Shown here one piece after another: positions 63,605 through 64,000 of a DNA stretch of 64,000 bases (its first letter is position 1; each line of letters starts with the position of its first letter). This stretch comes from an uncultured Thermomicrobia bacterium (GTDB lineage: Bacteria > Chloroflexota > Chloroflexia > Thermomicrobiales > JALYUS01). A program made the translations under genes and the position numbers. The notes below the pieces were generated by a model. That model saw only the letters and a list, made by a program, of their open reading frames with translations. It ran no database searches and was not told the DNA's origin. The stretch lies in the NCBI GenBank assembly GCA_937968015.1, contig CALBSO010000015.1, positions 14,201-78,200 on the forward strand, in the 5' to 3' direction.

Positions 63605-64000
63605 CTACGTTCCCGCACGGCTGAAACGTGGCAGCACGTCGGTGAGGAAGAGTTCGATCCCATCCGTGCGGGGGAAATCGAGAAAGTTCAGTTGCATGTG
63701 CCGCACGCCGACGACGGCGAACGCCTCGATCTGCGCCGTCACCGCGTCCGGGTCGCCACTGATCACATGGACCTCGCCGCGGTGGCCCATCACGCGGCGG
63801 CGGATCAGTCGCTCCGGGTCGCGGGAGATGCTGATGCCCATATAGCAGGTCGGCACGATCGCGGTGGGGTCGCGCCCGCTCGCGCGGCAGTGATCGTGGA
63901 GGATGGCGAGTTTCCGCGCGTAGTCGGCGGGGGAGTAGTAGTCGCAGTTCCACCAGTCCGCGTGACGCGCGACGACCGCGAGCGTCCGCCTCTCGCCTCC
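63605..64000 (-). CDS. LLM-class (luciferase-like) oxidoreductase, C-terminal part; start outside window
   Basis: Reverse frame is open from nt 64000: GGERRTLAVVARHADWWNCDYYSPADYARKLAILHDHCRASGRDPTAIVPTCYMGISISRDP...VRHMQLNFLDFPRTDGIELF. Confidence 0.75.
   Translation of the reverse strand, partial: GGERRTLAVVARHADWWNCDYYSPADYARKLAILHDHCRASGRDPTAIVPTCYMGISISRDPERLIRRRVMGHRGEVHVISGDPDAVTAQIEAFAVVGVRHMQLNFLDFPRTDGIELFLTDVLPRFSRAGT

Overview
High-GC bacterial chromosomal segment that is almost fully coding. Gene content and repeat style suggest Chloroflexota or a related monoderm lineage, but that is inference only.

Gene order, left to right:
- 3' end of lepA, then a Phd/RelE toxin-antitoxin pair.
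- Three secreted or surface proteins, one with an LPSTG sortase signal, around a decayed IS5-type transposase fragment.
- A glutamine-synthetase-like plus amidohydrolase pair, then a ~1066-aa BNR/sortilin-type protein.
- A peptide uptake/peptidase cluster: two M81 MlrC-like peptidases flanking a substrate-binding protein and two permeases with no ATPase genes, then CapA-like, RNHCP and M20 dipeptidase genes.
- A DUF1778/GNAT toxin-antitoxin pair and a D-aminoacylase.
- A complete type I-C CRISPR-Cas locus: cas3-cas5-cas8c-cas7-cas4-cas1-cas2, leader, 39 intact 37-nt repeats, 39 spacers and one aberrant terminal repeat.
- M20D amidohydrolase, LLM oxidoreductase and hydantoinase.
- An Hsp70-like ATPase plus membrane transporter operon, an ArsR-DUF2087 operon and a DUF885 protein.
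- A response regulator-USP-KimA-KimA potassium module.
- Two signal-less HtrA-like proteases translationally coupled to a pseudo-receiver LuxR regulator.
- A TMEM175-like channel, a heterodimeric ABC exporter, a SelA-like PLP enzyme, a ChrB-like protein and a partial LLM gene.

The most unusual signal is not a protein family. It is a set of intergenic palindromes built from tandem short repeats, mostly heptamers such as AGTAACG/CGTTACT.
- They sit between co-directional genes and overlap upstream stop codons.
- The AGTAACG type supplies stop codons in all three frames.
- One copy (36714-37179) holds a four-helix-bundle gene (23S rRNA IVS protein / Avd-like family) in its loop. A sister copy (57912-57985) is an empty hairpin.

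Other notable points:
- A strong internal SD+ATG in cas8c, predicted to give Cas11c.
- A 47-nt outlier spacer beside a spacer with the same 7-nt prefix.
- A terminal CRISPR repeat whose hairpin core is reverse-complemented.
- Tandem kimA paralogs without room for a c-di-AMP riboswitch.

All family calls rest on by-eye motif recognition. No searches or computations were run.
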